A stretch of DNA of 64,000 nucleotides from an uncultured Verrucomicrobiae bacterium (GTDB lineage: Bacteria; Verrucomicrobiota; Verrucomicrobiia; Limisphaerales; Palsa-1400), in assembly GCA_963764165.1 (NCBI GenBank), contig CAVXRD010000001.1, positions 192,001 to 256,000 on the forward strand, given 5' to 3'. Below the pieces are notes generated by a model. It was not told the origin of the DNA. It saw nothing but the letters and a program-made list of their open reading frames with translations, and made no database searches. The translations under genes were made by a program, and so were the position numbers. Of this stretch, positions 19,300 to 29,448 are shown in pieces; position 1 is the first letter of the stretch, and every line of letters starts with the position of its first letter.

Positions 19300-19491
19300 T
19301 TAATTGCCTCCCGAAAGATACCGTATATCATCCGGCATCACTCCCTGTTGTTGCGTGACATACTCTGTCCAAAATGACCTTGGAAATTCTTGCACATTCG
19401 ACAATTTGGACGGACTGACAACTGCTGCTGCGCCAATATTCTGACTGCTCCCGGCGAGATCATCAATGGATGCCTGCTGTAACTTTGTCAA
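19300..19491 (-). pseudogene. Possible remnant of the 3' end of a toxin tip
   Basis: Short ORF with no convincing start, ending immediately before 18982..19299. Confidence 0.35.
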
Positions 19492-20413
19492 CCTCGAGTC
19501 CCTTTAACAGCTTCGGTGCAACATCAAAAAACCTTCGAATAAAAATTATCGCGTAATCACACGCGCTTTCCACCTCGTCATTTGTAAGATACTCCCATTC
19601 CGTCGGTCCGACCCCAAGCCATGAACAAAAAGATATATTCTGTTGCATGGACAAACACTTGCTGTATGTACCCTTCGTGGCTGGAAATAAAAACATATTC
19701 TCGCTGAAAATATCGTGGGAATATTCAATCACCGCATCATCTCGACCAAAGTGAAAATTTGTGCTTACAATCCATCCTCCAATACTTGTTTCAAAATGTG
19801 GCTCTGGATCATTAAGCTGCCAGTCTAATATCCTTTGGTTTTTAAATGTGCTTCTGAATTTTCCCAACATCTGCTTACGGAGCATTTTCCTGCTGGCGAA
19901 GCTGATTTTTTCGCCAGCAGCTCGTCGTGCCGCAATTTGCTCTTCAAATGTTTGAGGAATGGAGGCAACAATAGGCTCAATTTTTGACAGAATGGCGTTA
20001 TCATCGTCCACGTAGATTTCCCCGATGAATTTCTCAAAATCCGGCCGACACATCTGAAATACCGTTAGCGCCTCGGCTGCTTTTCCCTCTCTTTTGAGCC
20101 GTAGCACGTGCCGATATAGCCCTTTGATTCGAAAAATATTATCACACTGCAACAGCAAAAGCTCGTCACTTTGAGAACACTTATCGCCCAAGTCCTGAAC
20201 CACGTTACAAAAATTTCTCCTAAGAAGTCCATCAATCAAGGTCAACTGCTGCGTCCTGTTCAGTTGTGTAATAAATTGACTTACCTCCCAAACGATCCCG
20301 GACTTAAACAACCGAAGATTGGAAAACGACAAGTCAATCTCGTTCCGCCATTCACTGGCAGCCCATAAGTAAAATCGAACTTGAAACTCGCGGCGCGCTT
20401 CTGAAAACGTCAT
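19463..20413 (-). CDS. Putative immunity protein for the Rhs REase-fold tip
   Basis: Low-GC 316-aa ORF (MTFSEARREF) starting 16 bp after the rhs stop. Confidence 0.65.
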   Translation of the reverse strand: MTFSEARREFQVRFYLWAASEWRNEIDLSFSNLRLFKSGIVWEVSQFITQLNRTQQLTLIDGLLRRNFCNVVQDLGDKCSQSDELLLLQCDNIFRIKGLYRHVLRLKREGKAAEALTVFQMCRPDFEKFIGEIYVDDDNAILSKIEPIVASIPQTFEEQIAARRAAGEKISFASRKMLRKQMLGKFRSTFKNQRILDWQLNDPEPHFETSIGGWIVSTNFHFGRDDAVIEYSHDIFSENMFLFPATKGTYSKCLSMQQNISFCSWLGVGPTEWEYLTNDEVESACDYAIIFIRRFFDVAPKLLKGLEVDKVTAGIH

Positions 20414-20429
20414 ACGGATCTCGGCTGGC

Positions 20430-23400
20430 TCATGGGGCTCCCTCCTCAGCAGTCTCGGCTGCAATTCCCTCTGAATCTTCGATGTCGGCCCCTTGTGCTC
20501 GCGTTGTGGACGATGCAAACTTTTGCGAAACTGATTGCAGTGAATTATATGTGATCAACCCCAATACCGGCGGCGTGACCACCACAAAGAATGGCGGCAC
20601 AGGAACGGTAAAGCTGAGCGGTGGAGTATACTCAGCAGCGCTTCCCACATGCCAGCCGCCCTGTGGATCTATCGCTTTAAACACTACCATGTATCCTGCA
20701 AGCTGAGCTGCGCCCGCCAACAGTCCTTTAGCGTTTCCAGGTTTTATTTCGAAGACTGATTTTTGCTCCACGTTAACCAGATCGGGCAACGCTTGTTCAA
20801 TTAAGCGAGCCTTACCCAATAGTTTAAGGGCTCTCAGAATAGACTTGCCAGTAAGACCATTTAACTCTCCAAACTTGCGCCGAAAATCCGCCATGATAAC
20901 TTTTTCCACCGCTTTCCCAAAAATTGCAGCCGGGCTGTTTCCCGATGTTGAAGACGCCGCAAATCCCGACAGGTCAGTCATATTGACGGGGTCGGCTTGG
21001 CAATAGATATATTTATGAAGCGACAGCGGACCTTCGTTATCCCCTTCGTCGGTATCCATCGTCCAAAACCTACCGAGTTTTGGGTCATAATTGCGGGCGC
21101 GGAGGTAGTATTGCTGCAAGTCCGGGTCCCATTGCTGACCGGTGTAGCGGTAGTTGCTTATCGTGCTGTCGGTGCTGTTGAGCAGGTTGGCCTCGTTCCC
21201 CACCGCGTCATAGGTGTAACTGGTCACGTTCGGCGAAGAAATCGTGCTGTTGGTCACGAACGCCAGCCGCCCAAGATAATCGTAGGCATATTCCAAACTC
21301 ACATCCGCCGTGCTCGAGTTGGTCGCCGGCCCGTTGGTTGTGATCGGCACGGTCAAAAAGCCCGAGATGCTCAGAATGTGGTTATCGGGTGTCCATGTAT
21401 AACTCAACTCTTCCAAGTCGTACATCGAAGCTTTCTGCGTTAGGCGATTGAGCCCGTCGTAATTGTAACTGTACGATTGCGTGGTAACGCCGCCCACCTT
21501 GACCGTCACGCTGCTGCGCTGCCCGCCAGCGGTATAGGTGTAAGTCTCCACCGTGTTGGTTTCACCCGCGTTGATCGGAGGGAGCGATTTCGTGGCCATC
21601 CGGCCCATCACGTCCTCGGTCGTAACGATGGTTTTGCCTCGGAAATCGGTCACGGAAGTTTGCTGGACATTGATGCTTGAGCCGTTGGTCAGAGGCACAT
21701 CGGCGTAGGCGGTGATTTCAGTAGAACCGTCCGGCAAAATTCTCGCGGTGCGGCGGCTCAACGCGTCATATTCGTATTGCGTCAGATTCCCATTGGCGTC
21801 GCTCTGCGAAAGCTGGTTGCCGCGCTCGTCATAGGTGTACTGGTAGGTCAGTTGACCGGAAGAAGCTGTGTCCAGGATGACTGAGGTCAGCAATCCACGG
21901 TAATCGTAGGTGTAGGCAGTCTTAACTCCCGCCTCGTCTGTCGTCCCAATTTTGTTCCCGGCCCCGTCATACGCAATGGCCGTCTGATGGCGCGTCCCGT
22001 CGGCCAGCACGGGATACGTCGTCAATATCAGCCGATTGGCCGTGTCATAGAGGTAATCGGTCTTGTTCGTTTTGGCATCGATCATTTCGATCTGGTTGCC
22101 ATTGGGGTCGTAAAAATACTGCGTCGAGTTCGTGCCGCCGGTGGGCGCGATGGTTTGATTGATGCTCGACAGGTTCACCGTGTAATTGGTGTAAACCAGC
22201 ACGTTGGTGCGGCGTCCGGCGGCATCGTAATTGTATTGCGTGACGTTGCCATTGGCGGCCATGGAATATTGCACACGGCCGGCCAGATCATAGACCGTCC
22301 GCGTAAAGGACACAAGCGTTCCCGCAGCCGTGTTGGTCATTCCGTAAATCGTGTCCGCGCCCGAGCGGGTGATCAAACTTGAGTTGATCGCCTTGGCCAA
22401 AATCACACCCGAAAGCCGCTCCATGCAAACGACCCGCCCTGCTCCGTCGTAAACATTCAAGCTCGCGGCATTGGTGGTCGCGCCGCCGGTGCCAGGCACC
22501 GACCGATCTTGCGTGTAAAGAACATGATTCAACTCGTCATACGTCATGCGCGACACCGTCCCGTCCGGATACGCCGTTTCGATCAAATTCCCCGCCGCGT
22601 CGTAGGTGTTGGTGGTGGAGCGATTGTCCACGTCCGTCGTGATGTAGGGATGCCCGGCGTGGTCATAAATGGTCGTGTTGGTGCGGCCAATCGGATCAAT
22701 TGTGGCCACCAGGCGATTCTCCGCGTCATATTGGTATTGCGTCACGATGGGCGTGTTCGGAACGCCATTGACGGTCGCCGTCGTGGTCTCGGAAGTCCGA
22801 TTGCCGTTGGCGTCGTAAGTGTAACTGGTGGTCGAGACAGGCATCCCGCTGCCGGACGGCCATTGCTGGGTCATGGACGCGACTTCGCCGGAACTGTTCG
22901 GCTGCGGCTGGCCGCTGCCGGGATAATAGGTGTAGGAGGTCGTCACCGGATATGACACGCCTGGCGATTGCTGCGTCGAGCTGGCCACCAACCCGCCCGC
23001 CGCCACCCCGTTGATTCCCATGATCACCGGCGCGTAAGTCATCGACGATTGCGAACCCGTCGGATCCTGCGATTGCAGCAGATTGCCGTTGGACTGATCG
23101 TAAACATTGGTCGTGCCGTTGCCATTGGCGTCCGTTGAGAGGGTCGGCTGCCCCATCACGTTCAACTGCACCGACGTCGAATTTCCCAGCGCATCCGATT
23201 GGCTGATGGGCCGGTTCAAATAATCATAACCTGTCGATTGCGTATTGCCATAGCTGTCTGTTTGCGCTGTGACATTGCCCTTTGAATCATACGTATAAGC
23301 CGTGCCCAAATAGCCGGGTGCGGTGATCGGTTGCAGCACGGCGCCCACAGCGCCCGAGGATGTATAATTGACGGTCACCGTCTGGTTCGTCCCACTGACA

Positions 23401-24407
23401 GTCTTGGTAACGAGTTGTGTTTGGTTGGTCGGATTATAACTGTACGCAGATGTGCGCAGCAACGCGTCAAATTGGTTGGACAGGGTTCCGTCGTTAGCGG
23501 GAGAATACACGTTGCTCACGGTCATAATGCCGCGCCCGTCAAACACCTGCGTAAGGCGATTACAATTCGGATTAGCGTTGGTTCCATAGGAGTAAGTGGT
23601 AATTTCATAGGTTCCAAGCACGCGATCCACCAGCTTATCCACCTCAGTGAGAAGCCCATTCGTTGGATTGCCCTGAACGAAATATCTGACCGCATAATTG
23701 GTTGAGGACGTTCCACCTGAAAGGTTCCCAGCAGCTTGAACACTATCAGACACATTAATCCATGTTCCCGAAGCATTAGTCGCATAATTGAATTGAATCG
23801 ACTTGCCGCAAGAATGTTGCATGGCGATCAGCCGATTCAGAGCGTCGTAATAGTATGTTACCGAATTGCTATTGGCATCAATGATTTGGCGGAGTCCCCA
23901 CGTTGGTCCGCCGTTGATCAGGAAAAATTGATATAATGTCCCTGCGGTTGTCGCGTAGTTGAACGTGTCGGGCGCAAACGGCGTGTCATCTTCCGGATCG
24001 ACCGTTAGAGAGAAAGGATGGCTGTCCCAGGTATCCCCAATATCAGAAACGCCAAGATAGAGTGTCGAACTGGCAGAATAGCTACAGGTCAGAGTGCCCT
24101 CGTTCAAATAGCAGGGCTGCAGTGTCAGCGGGATTCCATTGTCGGGGGCATCTTGAACAGATCCCAAGGTGGGCGCAAATACAGCCGTTCCGCCGCCCGG
24201 GAGCGTGATCGTAATCATGTGACTCGTTGATTCAGCCGCAATATCATCCGAAAGTTGATCTAAACCCGCCTGGATCCACCCCGTGGCCAGATTGCCGTTG
24301 GCGATCGTCAATGTCGCCGTGTTCCAAGAAGGAGTCCATCCAATTCCCAAATCTGAGGGGCTATTCGTGTATTGACTGGTATAGGAGCGCGCAATTGCAA
24401 GCGGCAA
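20430..24407 (-). CDS. Rhs/YD-repeat protein, 5'-truncated, with a PD-(D/E)XK nuclease-like tip
   Basis: Many YD repeats; core YRYTGQQWDPDLQQYYLRARNYDPKLGRFWTMD..PVNMTDLSG; tip LPDLVN..VFEIKP..QL..Y. Confidence 0.92.
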   Translation of the reverse strand: MPLAIARSYTSQYTNSPSDLGIGWTPSWNTATLTIANGNLATGWIQAGLDQLSDDIAAESTSHMITITLPGGGTAVFAPTLGSVQDAPDNGIPLTLQPCYLNEGTLTCSYSASSTLYLGVSDIGDTWDSHPFSLTVDPEDDTPFAPDTFNYATTAGTLYQFFLINGGPTWGLRQIIDANSNSVTYYYDALNRLIAMQHSCGKSIQFNYATNASGTWINVSDSVQAAGNLSGGTSSTNYAVRYFVQGNPTNGLLTEVDKLVDRVLGTYEITTYSYGTNANPNCNRLTQVFDGRGIMTVSNVYSPANDGTLSNQFDALLRTSAYSYNPTNQTQLVTKTVSGTNQTVTVNYTSSGAVGAVLQPITAPGYLGTAYTYDSKGNVTAQTDSYGNTQSTGYDYLNRPISQSDALGNSTSVQLNVMGQPTLSTDANGNGTTNVYDQSNGNLLQSQDPTGSQSSMTYAPVIMGINGVAAGGLVASSTQQSPGVSYPVTTSYTYYPGSGQPQPNSSGEVASMTQQWPSGSGMPVSTTSYTYDANGNRTSETTTATVNGVPNTPIVTQYQYDAENRLVATIDPIGRTNTTIYDHAGHPYITTDVDNRSTTNTYDAAGNLIETAYPDGTVSRMTYDELNHVLYTQDRSVPGTGGATTNAASLNVYDGAGRVVCMERLSGVILAKAINSSLITRSGADTIYGMTNTAAGTLVSFTRTVYDLAGRVQYSMAANGNVTQYNYDAAGRRTNVLVYTNYTVNLSSINQTIAPTGGTNSTQYFYDPNGNQIEMIDAKTNKTDYLYDTANRLILTTYPVLADGTRHQTAIAYDGAGNKIGTTDEAGVKTAYTYDYRGLLTSVILDTASSGQLTYQYTYDERGNQLSQSDANGNLTQYEYDALSRRTARILPDGSTEITAYADVPLTNGSSINVQQTSVTDFRGKTIVTTEDVMGRMATKSLPPINAGETNTVETYTYTAGGQRSSVTVKVGGVTTQSYSYNYDGLNRLTQKASMYDLEELSYTWTPDNHILSISGFLTVPITTNGPATNSSTADVSLEYAYDYLGRLAFVTNSTISSPNVTSYTYDAVGNEANLLNSTDSTISNYRYTGQQWDPDLQQYYLRARNYDPKLGRFWTMDTDEGDNEGPLSLHKYIYCQADPVNMTDLSGFAASSTSGNSPAAIFGKAVEKVIMADFRRKFGELNGLTGKSILRALKLLGKARLIEQALPDLVNVEQKSVFEIKPGNAKGLLAGAAQLAGYMVVFKAIDPQGGWHVGSAAEYTPPLSFTVPVPPFFVVVTPPVLGLITYNSLQSVSQKFASSTTRAQGADIEDSEGIAAETAEEGAP

Positions 24408-24409
24408 GC

Positions 24410-24821
24410 CGAACGGACGAACGACCAGACCGCCTTTGACTTTGTGGGGACGGGCAGCAAATGGGAGAAGCCTTCAAAAATGTGGTGGCGATTTTTCAAG
24501 CAGAACGACGAGTTGAATCTGCCGCATCTCACGTTCCATTGCACCCGCGTCACCTTTGTCACGCGCGGGGCCAAGCAGGGCGTGCCGCAGTCCAAAATGA
24601 TGAAGCTGGTCAATCATGCGAGCGAGGAAATCCACCGGGTCTATCAACGGCTGGTCGTGGCCGACGTGCGCGATGAATTGAACGCCATCAAATTTCCTGT
24701 GGCCGCTGCGCCTGTGCCGCCGCCTTCCGATGACTCCCCAGCCCAGCCCGCAGCCGAAAGGAGGGGCGAGCGCAAATCCAGTCAAACACATCATTCAGAG
24801 GACGGCACGAAGGCCGCGTAG
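24410..24821 (+). pseudogene. C-terminal fragment of a phage-type tyrosine integrase
   Basis: FHCTRVTFVT, VNHAS and HRVYQR motifs; N-terminus missing. Confidence 0.8.
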
Positions 24822-24967
24822 CCCTTTCATCGCTGAAAGTTCGCGCCCGGTGATAAGACCACACCGCCGCGCCTCGACCGCAATGGGGTGGAGATCGGCG
24901 ACGGCATTCGGGTTGTCTCCATGCACATATCCTCAATTTATTTGAGGAAGTGTGCGAGTCTGGATTC

Positions 24968-25372
24968 TTAAACGCCCTCAAATGCCAGATGCTCCTGCCG
25001 AGGGTCATCCTTGGAATGACACTCATACACGTCCCGCATCCGAAAGGAGGGGTGAGCGTAAATCCACTCCGAAACCTCCACCGGGTCCAAACGGCGGGGC
25101 CGCGTCGCCTCATTCGGATACATGGCCTTTTTGACCGCCAGAACGTAGCTGACCGAGTAGCCAAGTTCGCTGGCGATCTCGCCCGCCGTGCAGTGGCGGT
25201 GATGCTCGCCAGAAGGGGCGGGAGGCGGAGAAGAAGGCTGCCCGCCGATTTTGGGCCGTTTGCGGGCCACCGTCTGCTTTTGGGCCAAAGGCGAACTTCC
25301 CGGGCTCTCAACCGCCGTCGGCGAGCGGAAAAACTCGTGGTTGTCATGGTAGCGAAATGTTCTGCCGTCCAT
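24968..25372 (-). CDS. Small HTH / excisionase-like protein
   Basis: TAGEIASELGYSVSYVLAVKK, next to the integrase fragment. Confidence 0.45.
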   Translation of the reverse strand: MDGRTFRYHDNHEFFRSPTAVESPGSSPLAQKQTVARKRPKIGGQPSSPPPAPSGEHHRHCTAGEIASELGYSVSYVLAVKKAMYPNEATRPRRLDPVEVSEWIYAHPSFRMRDVYECHSKDDPRQEHLAFEGV

Positions 25373-25545
25373 AGTGCCTCCTTTACCACGGCCAAGACTT
25401 GCGGCGTGGATGCGACGGAACGTTTCTCGGTGTTTCCATAACGCCTCTAAAACAAATGTGTGTTTTCACGCCTCAACTATGACGTGGCTTCACAAAAAAG
25501 TTGTAACGCAGCCTGAACATCTTTTTGAGGCAACTTGTGCTATAT

Positions 25546-26650
25546 TATTGATCTCTGTATAATATAGTGACAATATCACCAAAGCTCGGCTTGCTTCCAG
25601 AAGGCAGTGACCAATTTGGGTCTGCGCCGCATCCGGCTCAGGGCCTTGCGCCCGCAATGACTCAACTTCGCCAGGTCGGCCGCGCAAAGATTGGGCAACT
25701 CGTGCTGCTTGAAGTAACCCCAGACATACTCGGTGGGATTGAGTTCGGGCGCATAGGCAGGCAGTCGTTCCACCCAGATTTTGCCTTTCAGTTGATCCAC
25801 ATAGTCCCGCACCAGCCGGCTGCGGTGGATGGGACCACCGTCCCAAATGACCAGAAGCTTGCCCGGGATGTGGCGTTGCAGATGTTTCAAGAATTCGATC
25901 ACCTGCGGGCCTTTGATGGTGCCGGGGTAAAGCCGGAAGTAAAAGTTCCAGACCGTCACCCCGGCGATGATCGAAAGCTTTTTCCAGTTGAAGTCGAACT
26001 GCAATACCGGGGTCTGGCCGCGCGGCGCCCAAGTGCGAACCCGGTGCGGCTTCTGGCTCAATCCGCTCTCGTCGATGAAAACCACGATTCGCCTCTCGCG
26101 GAGGGCTTTTTTTTAAGCTGCGGCCAGCGCACTTTGCGCCAGCGGGTGATCTCCCGCTCATGGCGCTGCCGAGCCTGGGTGGTGGGCCGCTGGCAGCTCC
26201 AACCCAGCTTTTGCAGAAGCCGGCAAACATGGTCCTCGTGGTATTGGACGCCCGTCAACCGTTGGATAACGGCGGCCACCCGCCGGGTGGTCCAAAGCTG
26301 GGTGCCAAAGTCATGGGCTTCGGGTCCCTGTTTGAGGGCCCGTTCCAACTGGCGGAAGTTCTCGTCGGTCAGGCGGGGCTTGCGCCCGGCTCGCCCAGCC
26401 TTTTTGAGAGAGGGCGCGCCATGGTCCTGCCAAGCCTTATGCCAGCGGCTGACCGATTGCCGGTGGACGCCAACTTGGCGGGCGACCTCGGCCTGGCTCA
26501 AGCCTCGGTCGAAAAGTTTGACGGCTTTCATGCGCCGCCGTTCCAGTTGTGCAAACTGCGCCAAATCGCGTTTTACGCCTTTAGGATTTCCCATACCCAA
26601 AAATTAGCATAAAAACAATAATGTGTCACTATATTATGCAGAGATCAATA
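25546..26650 (-). mobile_element. IS630-family element, apparently complete
   Basis: Terminal IRs TTGATCTCTG(T/C)ATAATATAGTGACA flanked by TA. HTH ORF 26058..26600 and DDE ORF 25576..26085 (FIDES, WDG, PELNPTE) are joined by an A8G slippery run at 26106-26114. Confidence 0.95.
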
Positions 26651-26931
26651 ATTATTTTGGGCCGAATTTTGCCGATCAGCCTAAAAACTTTCAGCCCATT
26701 CGGGCGAGGCCAGTCGGCCATTTTCGGGGCGCTCATCGCGGGGCCGCATTGAATGAATTCTTCATATTGCGGCAAGCCTGCCGCAACGGACTGACGGCGG
26801 GGTGTGTGACACACACGAAATGACTTTGCTCCATAATCCAAATTGTCTGCCCGGGCAATTGGCTCAAATGGCTCATTCGCAAACAAGTCGTCACGCTCCG
26901 CTCAACCTGGGGCTGAAATTGGATGCGGGGC

Positions 26932-26973
26932 TTGACTATTGTCCGAAAAGAGCATACATATTTCTGACAATAG
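26932..26973 (+). promoter_or_regulatory. Promoter and inverted-repeat operator of the AbiE TA operon
   Basis: TTGACT at 26932; inverted repeat CTATTGTCCGAAA / TTTCTGACAATAG (12/13 match) just upstream of ATG 26981. Confidence 0.6.
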
Positions 26974-26980
26974 GTTTGAA

Positions 26981-27593
26981 ATGAATGTAACAAATCCAAT
27001 AGATCAAGCGATGCTCGCACGAATCAAAACGCGCGGGGATGGCTGGGTTTTCGCGCCAAACGACTTCGTTGACCTTGGCAAGCGGCCCGCAGTGGACAAG
27101 GCGCTATCACGGATGGCGGCAACCGGAGTGATCCGCCGGGTTTCTCGCGGGTTGTATGATGTTCCCCGTCAGCATCCCATCGTGGGAACGACCGCGCCGA
27201 GCGTGGACAAGACCGCCCGTGCGCTGGCGGGCAAAGCGGGCGCGCGGCTGCAACCGACCGGAGCGTATGCCGCCAATCTGCTGGGGCTGTCCGACCAAGT
27301 GCCCGCCAAAGTCATTTTTTTGACAGACGGACGGAGCAAACGAATCCGGCTTGGAAAATTGGACATCGGTACTAAAACAGACTTCGCCGCGAACGATGGC
27401 GACCGCCGGAAAAATCAGCGGCTTGGTGATTCAGGCATTGCGTTACCTCGGCAAGACGCATGTCAATGACAACACGGTAAAACGTCTGGAGCGCAAATTA
27501 TCCGCAGACGACCGGAAGCAATTGCTGGCCGATCTGGCTTACGCCCCGACTTGGATTGGCAATATCATGCGACGCCTGGCGACGGAGTTGTGA
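26981..27593 (+). pseudogene. AbiEi/DUF6088-like type IV antitoxin, frameshifted near 27368
   Basis: F..DFVDLG.R.AVDKALSR..GVIRRV.RGLY; the C-terminal part VIQALRYLGK..APTWI is in another frame. Confidence 0.8.
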
Positions 27594-27596
27594 ATT

Positions 27597-28619
27597 ATGG
27601 ACGACTTCGTAAAATTGAGAGCCAAGGAACGGCGGATTTTCTTTGAGGGAACATCTGGACCGAAAAACATGGAGGCGCAAATTGTCGAAAAAGACTTTTG
27701 GGTCTGTTGGACGTTGAAGGAGTTGTTCCGGCTGCCTGAGATTGGAGAGCACCTTATTTTCAAAGGCGGCACGTCGCTGTCAAAGGTGTTCAAGGTCATC
27801 GAGCGATTTTCCGAGGACATTGACGTTTCGATTGACCGGAGCTATCTCGGCTTCGGCGGCGCGAACGAGCCGGAAGCGGGCGCGAGCAACAAGGAGAAGC
27901 AACGGCGCATTGAGGCGCTCAAAGCCGCGTGCCGGCGCAAAATCGGAGGCGACCTGCTGACTGCATTACAAGCCGCCATCAAATCAAAGGTTCGCCATGA
28001 CGAAACATGGTCGCTGCATTCCGACGATGACGACCCGGACAGGCAGACTTTGTTGTTCGATTATCCAACGAGTTTTGCGCCGGTCACGTCCGCCTACATC
28101 CGACGATCAGTAAAAATCGAAATGGGGGCGCGGGCGGACCACTGGCCGAGCGAAACGAAGACGATCACGCCGTATGTGGCGGAAAAGTTTCCAACAGGAT
28201 TTCGCGAGCCGAATTGCGCGCTGAAAGTTTTGTCGGTGGAACGAACCTTTTGGGAGAAGGCGACAATTCTACACGCCGAGTTTCATCGCCCGGCGGACAA
28301 GGTGATGCCGGAGCGCTTCTCGCGGCACTACGGCGACTTCTACGAGTTGATTCATAAAGGCGTGTCAAAATCTGCAACCATAAAACTGGACTTGCTGGCG
28401 CGAGTGGCCCAGCACAAAAGTCTGTTCTTCAAATCCTCCTGGGCGAAGTACGGCGAAGCGGCCAAGGGAACTTTGCGGGTCGTGCCTCCAGAGCACCGAC
28501 TGAAAGCGTTGCGAGAGGACCACCAAAAGATGCAGCAAATGTTTTTCGGTGAGCCGCCCGAATTTGACAAAATCATCGCGCTCCTGAATCAATGGGAGTC
28601 CGAGTTCAACCAGATTTAA
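27597..28619 (+). CDS. AbiEii-family nucleotidyltransferase toxin (type IV TA)
   Basis: VEKDFWV, FKGGTSLSK, RFSEDID, RTFWEK and SRHY.D motifs. Confidence 0.93.
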   Translation: MDDFVKLRAKERRIFFEGTSGPKNMEAQIVEKDFWVCWTLKELFRLPEIGEHLIFKGGTSLSKVFKVIERFSEDIDVSIDRSYLGFGGANEPEAGASNKEKQRRIEALKAACRRKIGGDLLTALQAAIKSKVRHDETWSLHSDDDDPDRQTLLFDYPTSFAPVTSAYIRRSVKIEMGARADHWPSETKTITPYVAEKFPTGFREPNCALKVLSVERTFWEKATILHAEFHRPADKVMPERFSRHYGDFYELIHKGVSKSATIKLDLLARVAQHKSLFFKSSWAKYGEAAKGTLRVVPPEHRLKALREDHQKMQQMFFGEPPEFDKIIALLNQWESEFNQI

Positions 28620-29022
28620 TTTATCTTCTCAGATAATGAGAAGATTAGTGAGATGACTACGAGCCGAAAATGAGCCGAATGTGGCGCGTTTTGGAGAACG
28701 CGGATTCAGTGCCTGGTCGTGCCGTCATTGTCCCCAGGATTGCGCCCGTCCTGTGCCCTCGCAACACTGGGGCCAATGCAGCCACCACCAGGACAGTCTT
28801 GGACGGACTGTAATCCGCTTTGGACGCCTAAACCAGCGCGCCGAGGGACCGTGCCGCCATTCCCCTTGTCCCTCCCGCTCCGTTCGTCAGACGCAGAGCC
28901 TGCCCAGGCTCCGCTCTGCCCTCTCGCTCGTTTTTTCCATCGTAGCGACTCCGAGAATCCGTCAAGTTAGAATCAGTGCCAGTCGCTGCCTGAGTGGCAA
29001 ACTTTTTACCCGATTGCCGCTA

Positions 29023-29406
29023 TCATCTGAATAATCCATCCGAATGCGAACGCACCAACTCCCGAAAGGATAGTTTCAGCACTTGTGGCTCCGATGCGCG
29101 AATAATGTCTTTGTTCTTTGGGTATCTATGCCTCGTCTTCGTCATGGTACTGATAACTGTTGGGAGCGTGGCTCCAATATACAACGCTGAATACCAAGTG
29201 CTGGCTTGGAGGGCAATGGCCATGACTCCACCAAGTCCGGCATACACAGCACTGATTGCAAAATACCACAACGAAAATTTCACCCTTGTCTCACGCAATC
29301 CATAAAATCGGACAATCTCTGGGGCGACGGCTCCAAGGCTTCCGAGAAGCATTGATACAATATTACTTTGTGGATGATCCATTCTCGCTTCCGTTAAGTT
29401 GTCCAA
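29023..29406 (-). CDS. Small membrane protein
   Basis: Three hydrophobic segments. Confidence 0.55.
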   Translation of the reverse strand: MDNLTEARMDHPQSNIVSMLLGSLGAVAPEIVRFYGLRETRVKFSLWYFAISAVYAGLGGVMAIALQASTWYSALYIGATLPTVISTMTKTRHRYPKNKDIIRASEPQVLKLSFRELVRSHSDGLFR

Positions 29407-29448
29407 ACCATCAAACAGTGCACAATTCCACTGCCTCGCATAAACCTC

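Larger units (their letters stand above)
11647..21020. mobile_element. Rhs-core-associated integrative unit B (9363-bp period)
   Basis: Bounded by TATTTATGAAG at 11647 and 21010, the latter inside the rhs gene. Same backbone as unit A. Confidence 0.75.

Noticed and set aside
4090..21020. Units as prophages or inoviruses
   Set aside because: No capsid, terminase, tail or Zot/pI-like genes seen; a satellite lifestyle cannot be excluded.
4090..21020. Tandem units as a simple assembly duplication
   Set aside because: The copies differ by scattered substitutions and indels and have different Rep and toxin modules.
20430..24407. Rhs as a type VI secretion effector
   Set aside because: No PAAR, VgrG or chaperone genes in view, and the N-terminus is missing.
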